In this document: one piece after another, positions 17,750-26,533 of the stretch
Layout: each line of letters begins with the position of its first letter
Position numbering within the stretch: the stretch's first letter is position 1
From: Candidatus Nanohaloarchaea archaeon
Lineage (GTDB): Archaea; Nanohalarchaeota; Nanosalinia; Nanosalinales; Nanosalinaceae
Length of the DNA stretch: 64,000 nt
Assembly (NCBI GenBank): GCA_013343275.1
Contig: CP046106.1
Span: forward strand, 128,001-192,000
Reading direction: 5' to 3'
The notes under the pieces: generated by a model
The model's input: only the letters and a program-made list of their open reading frames with translations
The model's database searches: none
What the model was told of the DNA's origin: nothing
Position numbers and translations under genes: made by a program

Positions 17750-18031
17750 ATGGCCAGCAGGGAACTTGACCTCGACTTCGAATTTTCAAACGATGAACTA
17801 GCAAATTTTCTGGAAAGCTTCGCAGATAAGATAAGAGAAGGAGAAGTAGGCCTGAGCTTCAAAGGTAAGGAAGAAGTAAGAATCGAGCCAAACCAGGAGA
17901 ACACATTAAGTATGGAGTTCGAGGAAGGCGACGAATACCGGGAACTTGAAATAGAGTTCGTACTCAAGGAAGAAAGAGCGGTATCCAAGGACGCTGACGG
18001 AAGAAAGAAGATCTCAGTAGAAATAGTATAA
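17750..18031 (+). CDS. Amphi-Trp-domain-like protein
   Basis: SNDELANFLESFADKIREGEV...LEIEF pattern. Confidence 0.6.
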   Translation: MASRELDLDFEFSNDELANFLESFADKIREGEVGLSFKGKEEVRIEPNQENTLSMEFEEGDEYRELEIEFVLKEERAVSKDADGRKKISVEIV

Positions 18032-18087
18032 AAATAATTTCCTTCTCTACTTTTGTCTTCCTTGGGAGCTGAGACAGCAGAATATTT

Positions 18088-18465
18088 CTAATTCCCGAAG
18101 CTCTCAAGCACTTCAATCATCCGGGCGTTCTGCTCTATAATCTTGTCCAGCTTCTCCTCGATATTCGAGGAGTTCATAGAACCTGAACCTTCGGATACAT
18201 CCTTGCTGCTGTTCTGACTGCTCTGAGTCATAGGGTTGCTACCTGAGGAATCGCTGCCGCTACTGGAACTGTCCTTCTGCAGGCCTCCCTCCTCAAGCAC
18301 CTCTATAGGAGTATCATCTTCCTCCTGATTATCGGCGTTCTTCTCAGCCTCTTCACGGAGTGTGGAGAAGTTTCCTGGGCCTCCACCTCCTCCGCCATCG
18401 CTGGCGCTCTTGGCTTTTTCCTTTTCATCCTTTACAGAATCCTTCACGTTATCATAGTAGCTCAT
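18088..18465 (-). CDS. Low-complexity acidic protein with C-terminal EQNxRxIxxLES motif
   Basis: Disordered S/G/D-rich body; LDKIIEQNARMIEVLES. Confidence 0.7.
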   Translation of the reverse strand: MSYYDNVKDSVKDEKEKAKSASDGGGGGGPGNFSTLREEAEKNADNQEEDDTPIEVLEEGGLQKDSSSSGSDSSGSNPMTQSSQNSSKDVSEGSGSMNSSNIEEKLDKIIEQNARMIEVLESFGN

Positions 18466-18817
18466 TTTCTATATCACCTTTCAACTTGTCGTTGCTGTCG
18501 TCCTGAGTATCTCGAGTATTTTTTACATCGCTGTCCGGAATGCTTTCAAGCAGCTGGATAATCCTCTCGTTCTGCTCGTGGATATCCTCCAAAGTAACCT
18601 TGCTCTCATCCACCGCATTGCCATCGCCTTCAGCACTTGGAATAGCAATACCGCTACCGCTGCTGGAATCAGAGTCACTGTCCTGACTCTTGCTATCCTT
18701 GCCCTGGCTGACACGGGCCTCGTTACCTCGATCACGGCCTTTACGTGAGTTATCGGCAGGGCTGATAGAAACCTCTTCCTCCTCGGAGTCGGAATTCCCT
18801 CTATTATCGAACAGCAT
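18452..18817 (-). CDS. Low-complexity acidic protein, paralogous motif
   Basis: Start moved to ATG 18817 (MLFDNRG); LEDIHEQNERIIQLLES. Confidence 0.7.
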   Translation of the reverse strand: MLFDNRGNSDSEEEEVSISPADNSRKGRDRGNEARVSQGKDSKSQDSDSDSSSGSGIAIPSAEGDGNAVDESKVTLEDIHEQNERIIQLLESIPDSDVKNTRDTQDDSNDKLKGDIENELL

Positions 18818-18870
18818 AAAGAGAGACTTTACAGTCCTGAAATAAAAGCTTTGCCGGGACAACGGTAAAC

Positions 18871-19350
18871 ATGAAAGTAGAAATAAAACCAACCGAGAAA
18901 CCAGAACAGCTGGAAGACAACCTTGAGAAACGAGCAGAAGACGCAGAAACCAGTAACGGCCACGTAATAGCCGAGGTAAGAAACCCGGCAATCATTGAGA
19001 GGCTTCCAGGAGTAGAGAAATACTGGATCGACGATGAGGAACACGAAGGCCTCAAAGGAAGACCTGTACAGGAACAGGCCTACGCCCGAATACACTCCAA
19101 AGAAGACTTAGTGAAGGCCTTCCTGGCAACAGTCGACGGCTACGACCTGAGAATTCTAGACTGCGGCGATGAATGGGATCTCAGGCTGTTGAAAAGGTTC
19201 AACCCTGATATCAAGGAACTGGAGTTCGACGAACCAAAGGAAGTGCTCGGAATCAATAAGGCACTTTTCCAGCATGAAGGCCTTGAAGAGATAGAGATAG
19301 AGGTCGACCAGGAAGACATTCAAATGGTTTACGAATTCATGATGTACTAG
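18871..19350 (+). CDS. Hypothetical protein
   Basis: 159 aa acidic ORF, divergent from the previous gene. Confidence 0.7.
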   Translation: MKVEIKPTEKPEQLEDNLEKRAEDAETSNGHVIAEVRNPAIIERLPGVEKYWIDDEEHEGLKGRPVQEQAYARIHSKEDLVKAFLATVDGYDLRILDCGDEWDLRLLKRFNPDIKELEFDEPKEVLGINKALFQHEGLEEIEIEVDQEDIQMVYEFMMY

Positions 19351-19408
19351 TCGTGAAGTTCCGTTGCAAAACTTAAAATTGATTGACTACTAAGATATGT
19401 GATATAGA

Positions 19409-19720
19409 ATGGAAAAGGAGATAGATTTCGACCGCGTAGAATACGCAACTAACAGAGAGATAGAAAACGATGAAGGAGAGAAAACCGGCTACGTCAAAAT
19501 GTTTTCCTATGATACAGAGCTGTACTTCTACGAGATCGAATGCCCTTACTGCCAGAACGTTTTCGAGGGTGAACAGGAACTAGACCAGCGACCTTGGTGG
19601 ATCGAATGCCCTGACTGCACGAGAAGCATCAACGTCTACCGCATCAAGGACAAGGCCGAGAAAAAAGTCAAGAACCGAGGCCCTGAAGGCGTAGAAGACG
19701 CAGACGTAGACGTCACATAA
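19409..19720 (+). CDS. Zinc-ribbon protein
   Basis: CPYC...CPDC. Confidence 0.75.
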   Translation: MEKEIDFDRVEYATNREIENDEGEKTGYVKMFSYDTELYFYEIECPYCQNVFEGEQELDQRPWWIECPDCTRSINVYRIKDKAEKKVKNRGPEGVEDADVDVT

Positions 19721-19722
19721 AC

Positions 19723-20421
19723 TTATTCATCAATTCTTCTTTCCTCATATTCGTTCAACATAAAGGCCATCGCTTCTTCAGGCCCTACATCGTTCTCAAG
19801 TAGATTGTTGTAGCTTTCAGCAGCCAGTTCTGTCTCCTCTGCTAGAGCTTCAGGATCGGAGTAGTTGGAGTCGCGTAGACTATCTACTCTTCTATCGACT
19901 TTTCTATCCTCTTCTAGGATGCCTTCTCTGTACATGTTCAGTAACTGGGTTGAGGCCTCTGTGACAGGGAGGTTGTCTGAAAAAGTTCCTTCATAGCGGA
20001 GCTCCTGATCTCTGTGCTTTAGTTCATGTGCAACGCTACCGACAGGATCGAACTCAGAATACGTTCCATCGCGGGTTCTGGTAAAGACAAGAACTTCGTC
20101 CTCGCCGTGAATATAGGCTGCGCCCTGAGTTAGGTCAAGATCCTCGTCTATATAATCTACATCCTCTCTATCATCTACAATAACTAAATCTGCTTCGTCA
20201 ACAGCAGGATCAACATCAAACTGCGACAGGTAATCGCTTCCTGCTTCAAGAAGCCGGCCTTCAAAACCATCTTTCCTCTCATTAAGTTTACTGACTTCTT
20301 TCTTTGTCAGGCCTCTACTGTTTTCTAACACAGGCTCTCCATCCATAACAGACTTCATATCATCGGACCAGAATCGCTCCTCGTCTTTGACTTCGTCTTC
20401 TTCAGTAACAGGACGCGGCAT
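19723..20421 (-). CDS. Hypothetical zincin-like protein
   Basis: VAHELKH (HExxH) and a downstream E. Confidence 0.6.
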   Translation of the reverse strand: MPRPVTEEDEVKDEERFWSDDMKSVMDGEPVLENSRGLTKKEVSKLNERKDGFEGRLLEAGSDYLSQFDVDPAVDEADLVIVDDREDVDYIDEDLDLTQGAAYIHGEDEVLVFTRTRDGTYSEFDPVGSVAHELKHRDQELRYEGTFSDNLPVTEASTQLLNMYREGILEEDRKVDRRVDSLRDSNYSDPEALAEETELAAESYNNLLENDVGPEEAMAFMLNEYEERRIDE

Positions 20422-20451
20422 AACTGTTGTTACTCATAGATAAATAAAAGT

Positions 20452-21411
20452 TTACTGGTGGAGCTCGGACTCGGAAATATACTTTTTCTCTTCACCTAGC
20501 CAGTCTCTAATCTGGCCCGCTAATTCGCTTCCATATTTCTTCAGATTATCTATCTCGGAGACAGTGGTTCCGGTATCTTTAGATTTACTCAGCGGCTTCC
20601 CCTGCTCGTCGGCAATCATCGGGCCAAGGAAGTAGGCCGGCGTCTCTCCGCATGCAAGGTCGGTGATTCTCGCGACTTTAAGCACCTTGGAAGTCTTCTG
20701 ACCCTTCTCCGCATCCCTGTAGTCGCCGCCAAAAACATGCACCGCGACATCCCGGCCAGGATCACGCACAGGATCAACCAGGTAATAAACACCGATAGGC
20801 CCGTCAAGAGAAGTAGATGAGAAACCGGAGCTGCATTCAGAGCTCCAGCACGAATGCACCATCTCATCACACTCGCTGGAAAAGGCCGAACCCTTCGCAT
20901 GAGAGAAACCACAGCTACTGCATACACCAGTCACAGGAGACCGATACCTTCTCCTGAAGCCGCCGCCAAATATCTCGTCAAAATCATCAATATTATTCAA
21001 AACATTACGCAAGGCCTGAAGATAGGACTCATCACGGTAATCAGAAAGATAGTTAACCTCAATATCGACAGTTTCGGCCTCAAGGCCTTCCAGAAAATCT
21101 TTGATCTCATCTACTCTATGCTCAGCAACGTTCTCATGTTTTCCGCAGCTGCAGTCTCGCTGGAAAAACAATTTCATCACTCTGCTGTTGTCAGGCCTGT
21201 GATGCTCGTGGATGTGCGCGCTCCAGTCAGTATCGCAGCACCAGAGATCCAGCTCCATACCCAGTTCATCGGCGATCACCGCCGCATAACCGATACTTAA
21301 CAGGTTACCGACGTGAAGCTCTCCTGAAGGCCTGAATCCTACAGCAACTTTCTCTCCTTCCACGTTCTGAATTTCCTGAAAATCTGACGTGATCTCAAAA
21401 TCCTTCTTCAT
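20452..21411 (-). CDS. Class I lysyl-tRNA synthetase-like protein, catalytic domain only
   Basis: GFRPSGELHVGN (HIGH), Cys/Zn clusters, FGGDY, KPLSKS (KMSKS); ends about 40 aa after KMSKS. Confidence 0.75.
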   Translation of the reverse strand: MKKDFEITSDFQEIQNVEGEKVAVGFRPSGELHVGNLLSIGYAAVIADELGMELDLWCCDTDWSAHIHEHHRPDNSRVMKLFFQRDCSCGKHENVAEHRVDEIKDFLEGLEAETVDIEVNYLSDYRDESYLQALRNVLNNIDDFDEIFGGGFRRRYRSPVTGVCSSCGFSHAKGSAFSSECDEMVHSCWSSECSSGFSSTSLDGPIGVYYLVDPVRDPGRDVAVHVFGGDYRDAEKGQKTSKVLKVARITDLACGETPAYFLGPMIADEQGKPLSKSKDTGTTVSEIDNLKKYGSELAGQIRDWLGEEKKYISESELHQ

Positions 21412-21553
21412 ACAGCTTGGTTTAAGTTCTCAAGATTCAAAAAAATAGCAAACATCTTTCGCTGTAACTTATCTAAATTTCTGCAATACACATAATTAGC
21501 TCCCGACCACCAACCATATTTAACAGTTAACACCTCCTACAACAAATACACAG

Positions 21554-21628
21554 GCCTCGATGGCTCAGCCTGGCTAGAGCGGCCCCCTTGTAAGGGGCAG
21601 GTCGAGGGTTCAAATCCCTCTCGGGGCT
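21554..21628 (+). tRNA. tRNA-Thr(TGT)
   Basis: Acceptor GCCTCGA/TCGGGGC, anticodon arm GCCCC-CTTGTAA-GGGGC, T arm GAGGG-TTCAAAT-CCCTC. Confidence 0.95.
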
Positions 21629-21663
21629 TAATCTGAAAGCGAGGTGTGCGGAGAAAAATATTT

Positions 21664-22446
21664 TTATTCTTCTATCTGCTGCCTTATATGATCTAATCTT
21701 TCATCTTCGCCTCTGATATTGTCCTCTACTCTTTTCACAACTTTTATGAAGTTTTTTAAGCCTATTTTCCCTCCTTCGGCTTCGCCAGCATTTAATACTC
21801 TCTCAATTTGGTTTATCCGGTCAGAAGATATCTCTTCAGCATACTTCACTGCTTTAAGTTCATCTTCGGGCATAGAAATACTTCTTTTGCTCTCCTCATG
21901 GTTTGAAAGGTGTTCCAGATATTTGAGATGTCTCTGGATTTTAGCATATTTGCTTTTCAAGGGTGTAAGCGATAGAGAACCTCGCCCATACAGATAATGG
22001 TTAATGGGACCGTTAGCATTCTTCTCTATCTTTCCTTCTGAATCTATTTTGCTCAATCTTTTTTCCAGAGATCTATCAACTTTCTCTATCCTTTCTAGAT
22101 TGTACTCAAATAGAGCATCGTAAATTGCTTTATAGACCTCTTTGTGGGAAATATCTTCTTTTCCTCTCAAATCGAATTTTTTCTTACTTCTTCCACCTGG
22201 CACCTTGTAATACTCCTCTTCGTTAAATTTGTCGATCAAGAAATCAATCCGGGAGTCAGCAGCCTCAAAAACTTCTTTCAACTGCTCTTTGCTAGATGTC
22301 TTATCTAACTGGTTCATGCCACCACTCGCAATAAAATGAACCGCCTCTTCCCGCCCTTTTCTATCGACGAGACCTAATTTTGAAAAGAAATCATCGAACT
22401 TCTTCTCGAGTTTTGATGGCATTGAAACTATGTTTTCTGACCTCAA
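21664..22446 (-). CDS. Hypothetical protein (AT-rich, next to tRNA-Thr)
   Basis: 260 aa, Lys-rich, unlike the acidic core proteins. Confidence 0.65.
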   Translation of the reverse strand: MRSENIVSMPSKLEKKFDDFFSKLGLVDRKGREEAVHFIASGGMNQLDKTSSKEQLKEVFEAADSRIDFLIDKFNEEEYYKVPGGRSKKKFDLRGKEDISHKEVYKAIYDALFEYNLERIEKVDRSLEKRLSKIDSEGKIEKNANGPINHYLYGRGSLSLTPLKSKYAKIQRHLKYLEHLSNHEESKRSISMPEDELKAVKYAEEISSDRINQIERVLNAGEAEGGKIGLKNFIKVVKRVEDNIRGEDERLDHIRQQIEE

Positions 22447-22825
22447 ATAAAAATTCTTTTATCTTAACAGATGGTTTTCTAAGAGGGCAAGGCTTTCAGA
22501 GTCTCTTTTTCTTCCCCTCTTTCTTTGACTCTCCATACTCCCTCGGTTTTGGAGTTGTAGCTGTTCTTATGCCTCAATAAAGGATAGATACTGCTGCGGA
22601 AATAATATTCCTACTATTTAAAGTTGAGGCCTCAAGTTTTCTGTATAGGTTCCCGTTGCATTTGTGAGGTGTAGCGGATAGACCTGCTCAGGAACTCTTT
22701 TTGGGGTTCTAGGGGTCGGAGGCTTTGTTGATCTTCAGTCCCTTAATGAGTTTGCTTTTTTCTCGAGTTTTCAGATTTTTTTGGTAGCCCGGGTTTTGCT
22801 TGGCGGCTGGCCGGGCTAAACACAC

Positions 22826-23098
22826 TTATTCCTCTGATTCCTGGGCCTCGACTTCTTTCTCGAACATCTCTGGCAGTTTCTCCACTACATGATCTACAGC
22901 CTTCTCATCTGTCGGTACTGTGAACCTTTTCTTGTACTGCGGTTCTTCGTCCTGGTAGAAGCCGGTGGCGATCTGCAGGAAGCTGTTCTCCGATCCGTCG
23001 TCCTGTATGGCCTTATTGCGGCTTACCTCGATGAATTTTTCTCCTGGAAAGTTTCCGTAGTCTCGTCTTTCTTTCTCGATTGTTTCAAATTCTACCAT
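22826..23098 (-). CDS. Conserved small protein, possibly PC4/Pur-like nucleic-acid binding
   Basis: MVEFETIEKE...FIEVSRNKA...FLQIATGFY...KKRFTVP; start moved to ATG 23098. Confidence 0.65.
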   Translation of the reverse strand: MVEFETIEKERRDYGNFPGEKFIEVSRNKAIQDDGSENSFLQIATGFYQDEEPQYKKRFTVPTDEKAVDHVVEKLPEMFEKEVEAQESEE

Positions 23099-23251
23099 GA
23101 TATCAGGTAGTTTTACGGTAGAATTTGATTTAAGCATTCTTCCTCTGGAAGATGCGTTTCTCAAACTCTACCATATCTGATTTTTGAGGTAAAAGCTATT
23201 TGTAGAAAAGGGATTCAAAAATAGGAGAACTGTATGATGAAGCAAGGCCTG

Positions 23252-23329
23252 TTATTCGTCGTCCTCTTCTTCGTCTTCATCGTTGTCTTCTTCCATCTTG
23301 CTGAACTTCTTTGTAAGGCCTAGTCCCAT
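23252..23329 (-). CDS. Candidate 25-aa acidic micropeptide
   Basis: MGLGLTKKFSKMEEDNDEDEEEDDE; TTTAAATA box about 25-30 nt upstream. Confidence 0.4.
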   Translation of the reverse strand: MGLGLTKKFSKMEEDNDEDEEEDDE

Positions 23330-23394
23330 AACGTGGTGTGGTATAGGTCTGTATTTAAAGAGAGCGGATAGAAGAAAAGAGGTAAATCCGGGGT

Positions 23395-24360
23395 TTATTC
23401 TTTTTCTTCGATGTCGAGGCCTTCCATGAGGTCTCTGTAGCCTTTCCGGACTGTGACTTCTGTTACTCCTACTGTGTCTGCTATCTCTGTCTGTGTGAGT
23501 TCCTGGTCTCTCTGCTGTGATGCGAGGTAGATCGCTGCGGCTACGATGCTGCCTGGGCTTCTGCCTGCGAGAAGGTTTTCTCTTCTTGCGTCAAGGATGT
23601 ATTTCCGGGCCTGTGCCTGTGTCTCTCCTGAGATTCCGAGTTCCTCGGAGAACCTCGGCAGGAAATCTTCTGGTTTAACTGGTGTAATTCCTAGGTCGAG
23701 TTCTTTGGCGATGTACCGGTAGGTCTGGCCCAGCTTTCTCTTGTCGACGCCGCCTTCGTCCGAGATCTCCTTCATTGTACGTGGGATTCTCTGATTTCTT
23801 GCCACGATGTATACCAGTGCCGCGACAACCCTCTCGATTCTCCGACCTTTGATCAGACCTTCTTCCAGTGCCTTCTCGTAGAGTCTGGATGCTTCCTCCT
23901 TGACGGTTTCCGGGAGGTTGAGAACATCGACCAGCCGACCTATATCTCTGAGAGCTGTCTTCATCTTCTTGTCTTTAGACTCGCCGATCCTGTTCTGCCA
24001 CTTCTGCATCCTGTAGTACTGCCCACGCTTACCTGACGAAACATTTCTCATCTCGGAGCCACGGCCTATCGAGGTCCGGATCCCTTTACCTGCTTTAGTA
24101 TATGTTATAGGTGAACCTGTTCGGGCCTTCTTCTGTTTCTCCTCTGCTGAGAAAGCTCTAGGGCTTGCTGACTCCTCTACACGGTCCTCGTCAACAACTG
24201 TGCCACATTCTCTGCATATAAGCTCTGCCTGCGCCGATTTCTCTATAAAATCGGAAGCACCGCAGTTAGGGCACTTGAATCCTTCCTCTTCGTTTTTCTC
24301 TTCGGCCTCTTCCGGCCCTTCAAACTTGGTGTCTTCACTATCTACATCTACTTCTCCCAT
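23395..24360 (-). CDS. tfb: Transcription initiation factor IIB
   Basis: Zn ribbon CPNCG...CRECG, two cyclin repeats, GVTEVTVR HTH; GGTGA SD before ATG 24360. Confidence 0.95.
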   Translation of the reverse strand: MGEVDVDSEDTKFEGPEEAEEKNEEEGFKCPNCGASDFIEKSAQAELICRECGTVVDEDRVEESASPRAFSAEEKQKKARTGSPITYTKAGKGIRTSIGRGSEMRNVSSGKRGQYYRMQKWQNRIGESKDKKMKTALRDIGRLVDVLNLPETVKEEASRLYEKALEEGLIKGRRIERVVAALVYIVARNQRIPRTMKEISDEGGVDKRKLGQTYRYIAKELDLGITPVKPEDFLPRFSEELGISGETQAQARKYILDARRENLLAGRSPGSIVAAAIYLASQQRDQELTQTEIADTVGVTEVTVRKGYRDLMEGLDIEEKE

Positions 24361-24496
24361 AACCAATCACCTTCACTATTATATGGACAGAAAGCTTCAA
24401 AAACCTTTTCCTCGGTAAATACAGGGCCTCTACCAGTGTTTAACAGTATCTCTCATCTGGGTCGGTGATTTAATACCTGAAACCGGTAATTATGTC

Positions 24497-25258
24497 TTGA
24501 TGGATGTCGAGGAACTCGGAAGACTGTGGGGATCTCTAGACGATATAGAAAACTACACGTACAGAGAGGTCCATGATAACGATAAACCGGATTTTGAAGG
24601 CCTGAAAGAAGGTTTCAACGATCTCGAGGATCTAAACCGTTTGAAAGCTGCTCTCGTAATGCTCCGCCAGAAGAAGGGAGCAAGTATAACCCAGAAGTTC
24701 GATAGCAAAAACTCTCTGGAGGAATTCGCGGACTTTCTATCAGAACAAGGCCTCCACGTCTGGACAGGAGTAGGCTTGGAGGAAGATGATTTCGTCTACG
24801 CAGAGGTCTTCCTCAGTTACCGGAGTCGGCCTAAAGGCTTCTTCGACAGCTACCAGGATATGAGGGATAAGAGACCGGCACAGTACCACAGAAAGATGGG
24901 AGAGTTCTTCGGCTACCCGGAGGAAAGCATAGAGGCCTTTCTCCGCAAGCCTTCGCTGCTGCAGAGGGCAAGAGAGTTCCTGGCCTACCATCTGGGACTG
25001 TCGCTGGAAAGGCAGAATATCAACGGGGTAAAGGAGTCTATAGAGAAGTACGGCGATGACTTATCTGACAGGCAGAAAAAAGATGTCAGGACCTTGATCT
25101 TCTACATGCTGGATGACTCCGAGCAAGCGTTTAACTGTGCCGTGGAGACTGCCGAGGCCCGCAGGGAAAGCCTGGAAGAACTGAGGGATGAGGAAGATGT
25201 AGATTTCACAGGCCTTCAGGAGAGTTATGCAGAGATGCTGGATGGTTTCGGGGAGTAG
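24497..25258 (+). CDS. Hypothetical protein
   Basis: 253 aa; HRKMGEFFGYPEESIEAF motif. Confidence 0.7.
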   Translation: MMDVEELGRLWGSLDDIENYTYREVHDNDKPDFEGLKEGFNDLEDLNRLKAALVMLRQKKGASITQKFDSKNSLEEFADFLSEQGLHVWTGVGLEEDDFVYAEVFLSYRSRPKGFFDSYQDMRDKRPAQYHRKMGEFFGYPEESIEAFLRKPSLLQRAREFLAYHLGLSLERQNINGVKESIEKYGDDLSDRQKKDVRTLIFYMLDDSEQAFNCAVETAEARRESLEELRDEEDVDFTGLQESYAEMLDGFGE

Positions 25259-25298
25259 GTATACTTTCTTTAGTGCTGACTACTAATTTCTGGATAGA

Positions 25299-25658
25299 AT
25301 GGCTGTTGCTATTGTAGAGCTCAAGAACGACGTGAATCTAGGCCGGAACGCTACTGTTCAGCTGGAGGAGATGGGTGTGAACTCGAACACCTATACTGTC
25401 GACCAGCTGATGGATCTGCCTGGAGAGGTAGCAAGGAGACTGGAGGAGGCAGATGCGGTAATAGCTCTGGCAGATATGACCGACAGCAACTATATCTCGG
25501 AGGCCGTCTCCCAGATAATAAAGATAGATGCCGGTACAGAGAAACCGGTAGCAAAGGTACTAGATGAAAAAGGCGTTAGAGACAGGCACACATACCAGAG
25601 AGAGCTCAAAAGCCTTACAAACGAGAGAGCTGAAAGACTCGCCAGAGAAATAAACTGA
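25299..25658 (+). CDS. Divergent lumazine/riboflavin synthase-fold protein
   Basis: YTVDQLMDLP...ADAVIAL...TEKPV resembles archaeal RibC/RibH (TVPGxxDLP, DxVxALG, TxKPV). Confidence 0.5.
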   Translation: MAVAIVELKNDVNLGRNATVQLEEMGVNSNTYTVDQLMDLPGEVARRLEEADAVIALADMTDSNYISEAVSQIIKIDAGTEKPVAKVLDEKGVRDRHTYQRELKSLTNERAERLAREIN

Positions 25659-25691
25659 CTACTTAAAAATAAAACCTCAAACTGAAACTCT

Positions 25692-26519
25692 ATGGAACTA
25701 CCTGACAAATCCAGCATACTAGGCCTCGCTCTAACACTAGTATTCATAGCTACATCCATATACACTTTCTCAACAACTCCAAAAGTAGTAACTATAGGCT
25801 TTGTAGCATTTGCAGCAATGATGATGGGAGGCCTCCTGGCACTTAGAGATATCAAGTCTCACAAAATGATAGTCTGGCTCTACGGAATGTCAGGTGGCGC
25901 AGCCTTCGCATCGGTAATGCTTTTCATACTGCCACAGGCCCTCAACTTATCCAAAAACTTTGGAGCAGCAGGAATAATCGCAGGTTTCCTGGCAGGGCTT
26001 GTACTTCACTCGGCAAGCCACAGACTTACACACAGCGTGACAAAAGGCCACAGCAGCCTCTGGTCTGTATCCCTGCACTCGATAACAGCAGGACTTATTA
26101 TAGGCCTGATCTACAACCAGATGCCGTCCGCAGCACTAACACTCGGCCTTGCAATAGTATCACACAAGCTTCCAGCAGGATACATGGTTGCTGACAGATT
26201 GAAGAGAGATAGGGAATCCTTCTGGATGAAACTTCTACTGCCAGCATCAGGCATCGGAGCAATGGCCTCCCTTGTCAATATCTTCTCTGTTTCACTGGGA
26301 ACTACTTCGAGAGCACTGTTCTTCGGTTTCTCGGCCGGAATATTTCTTCACCTTGCGCTTGACTTCATACCGAACCCGGAGCCGGAATCGCATCTACGGA
26401 AAATCCTTACCGGCGATGAAGACCCGCATCACCACGAACTTGACGAAATCACAATACACTGCCTGGCCTCGACAATTATAGGGGCAGCAGTAATAATACT
26501 TGCAGCATTAACAGTTTAG
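25692..26519 (+). CDS. ZIP-family metal transporter
   Basis: Multi-TM; LHSITAG and SHKLPAG motifs; His-rich loop. Confidence 0.8.
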   Translation: MELPDKSSILGLALTLVFIATSIYTFSTTPKVVTIGFVAFAAMMMGGLLALRDIKSHKMIVWLYGMSGGAAFASVMLFILPQALNLSKNFGAAGIIAGFLAGLVLHSASHRLTHSVTKGHSSLWSVSLHSITAGLIIGLIYNQMPSAALTLGLAIVSHKLPAGYMVADRLKRDRESFWMKLLLPASGIGAMASLVNIFSVSLGTTSRALFFGFSAGIFLHLALDFIPNPEPESHLRKILTGDEDPHHHELDEITIHCLASTIIGAAVIILAALTV

Positions 26520-26533
26520 GAGGGGGAAAGTTG

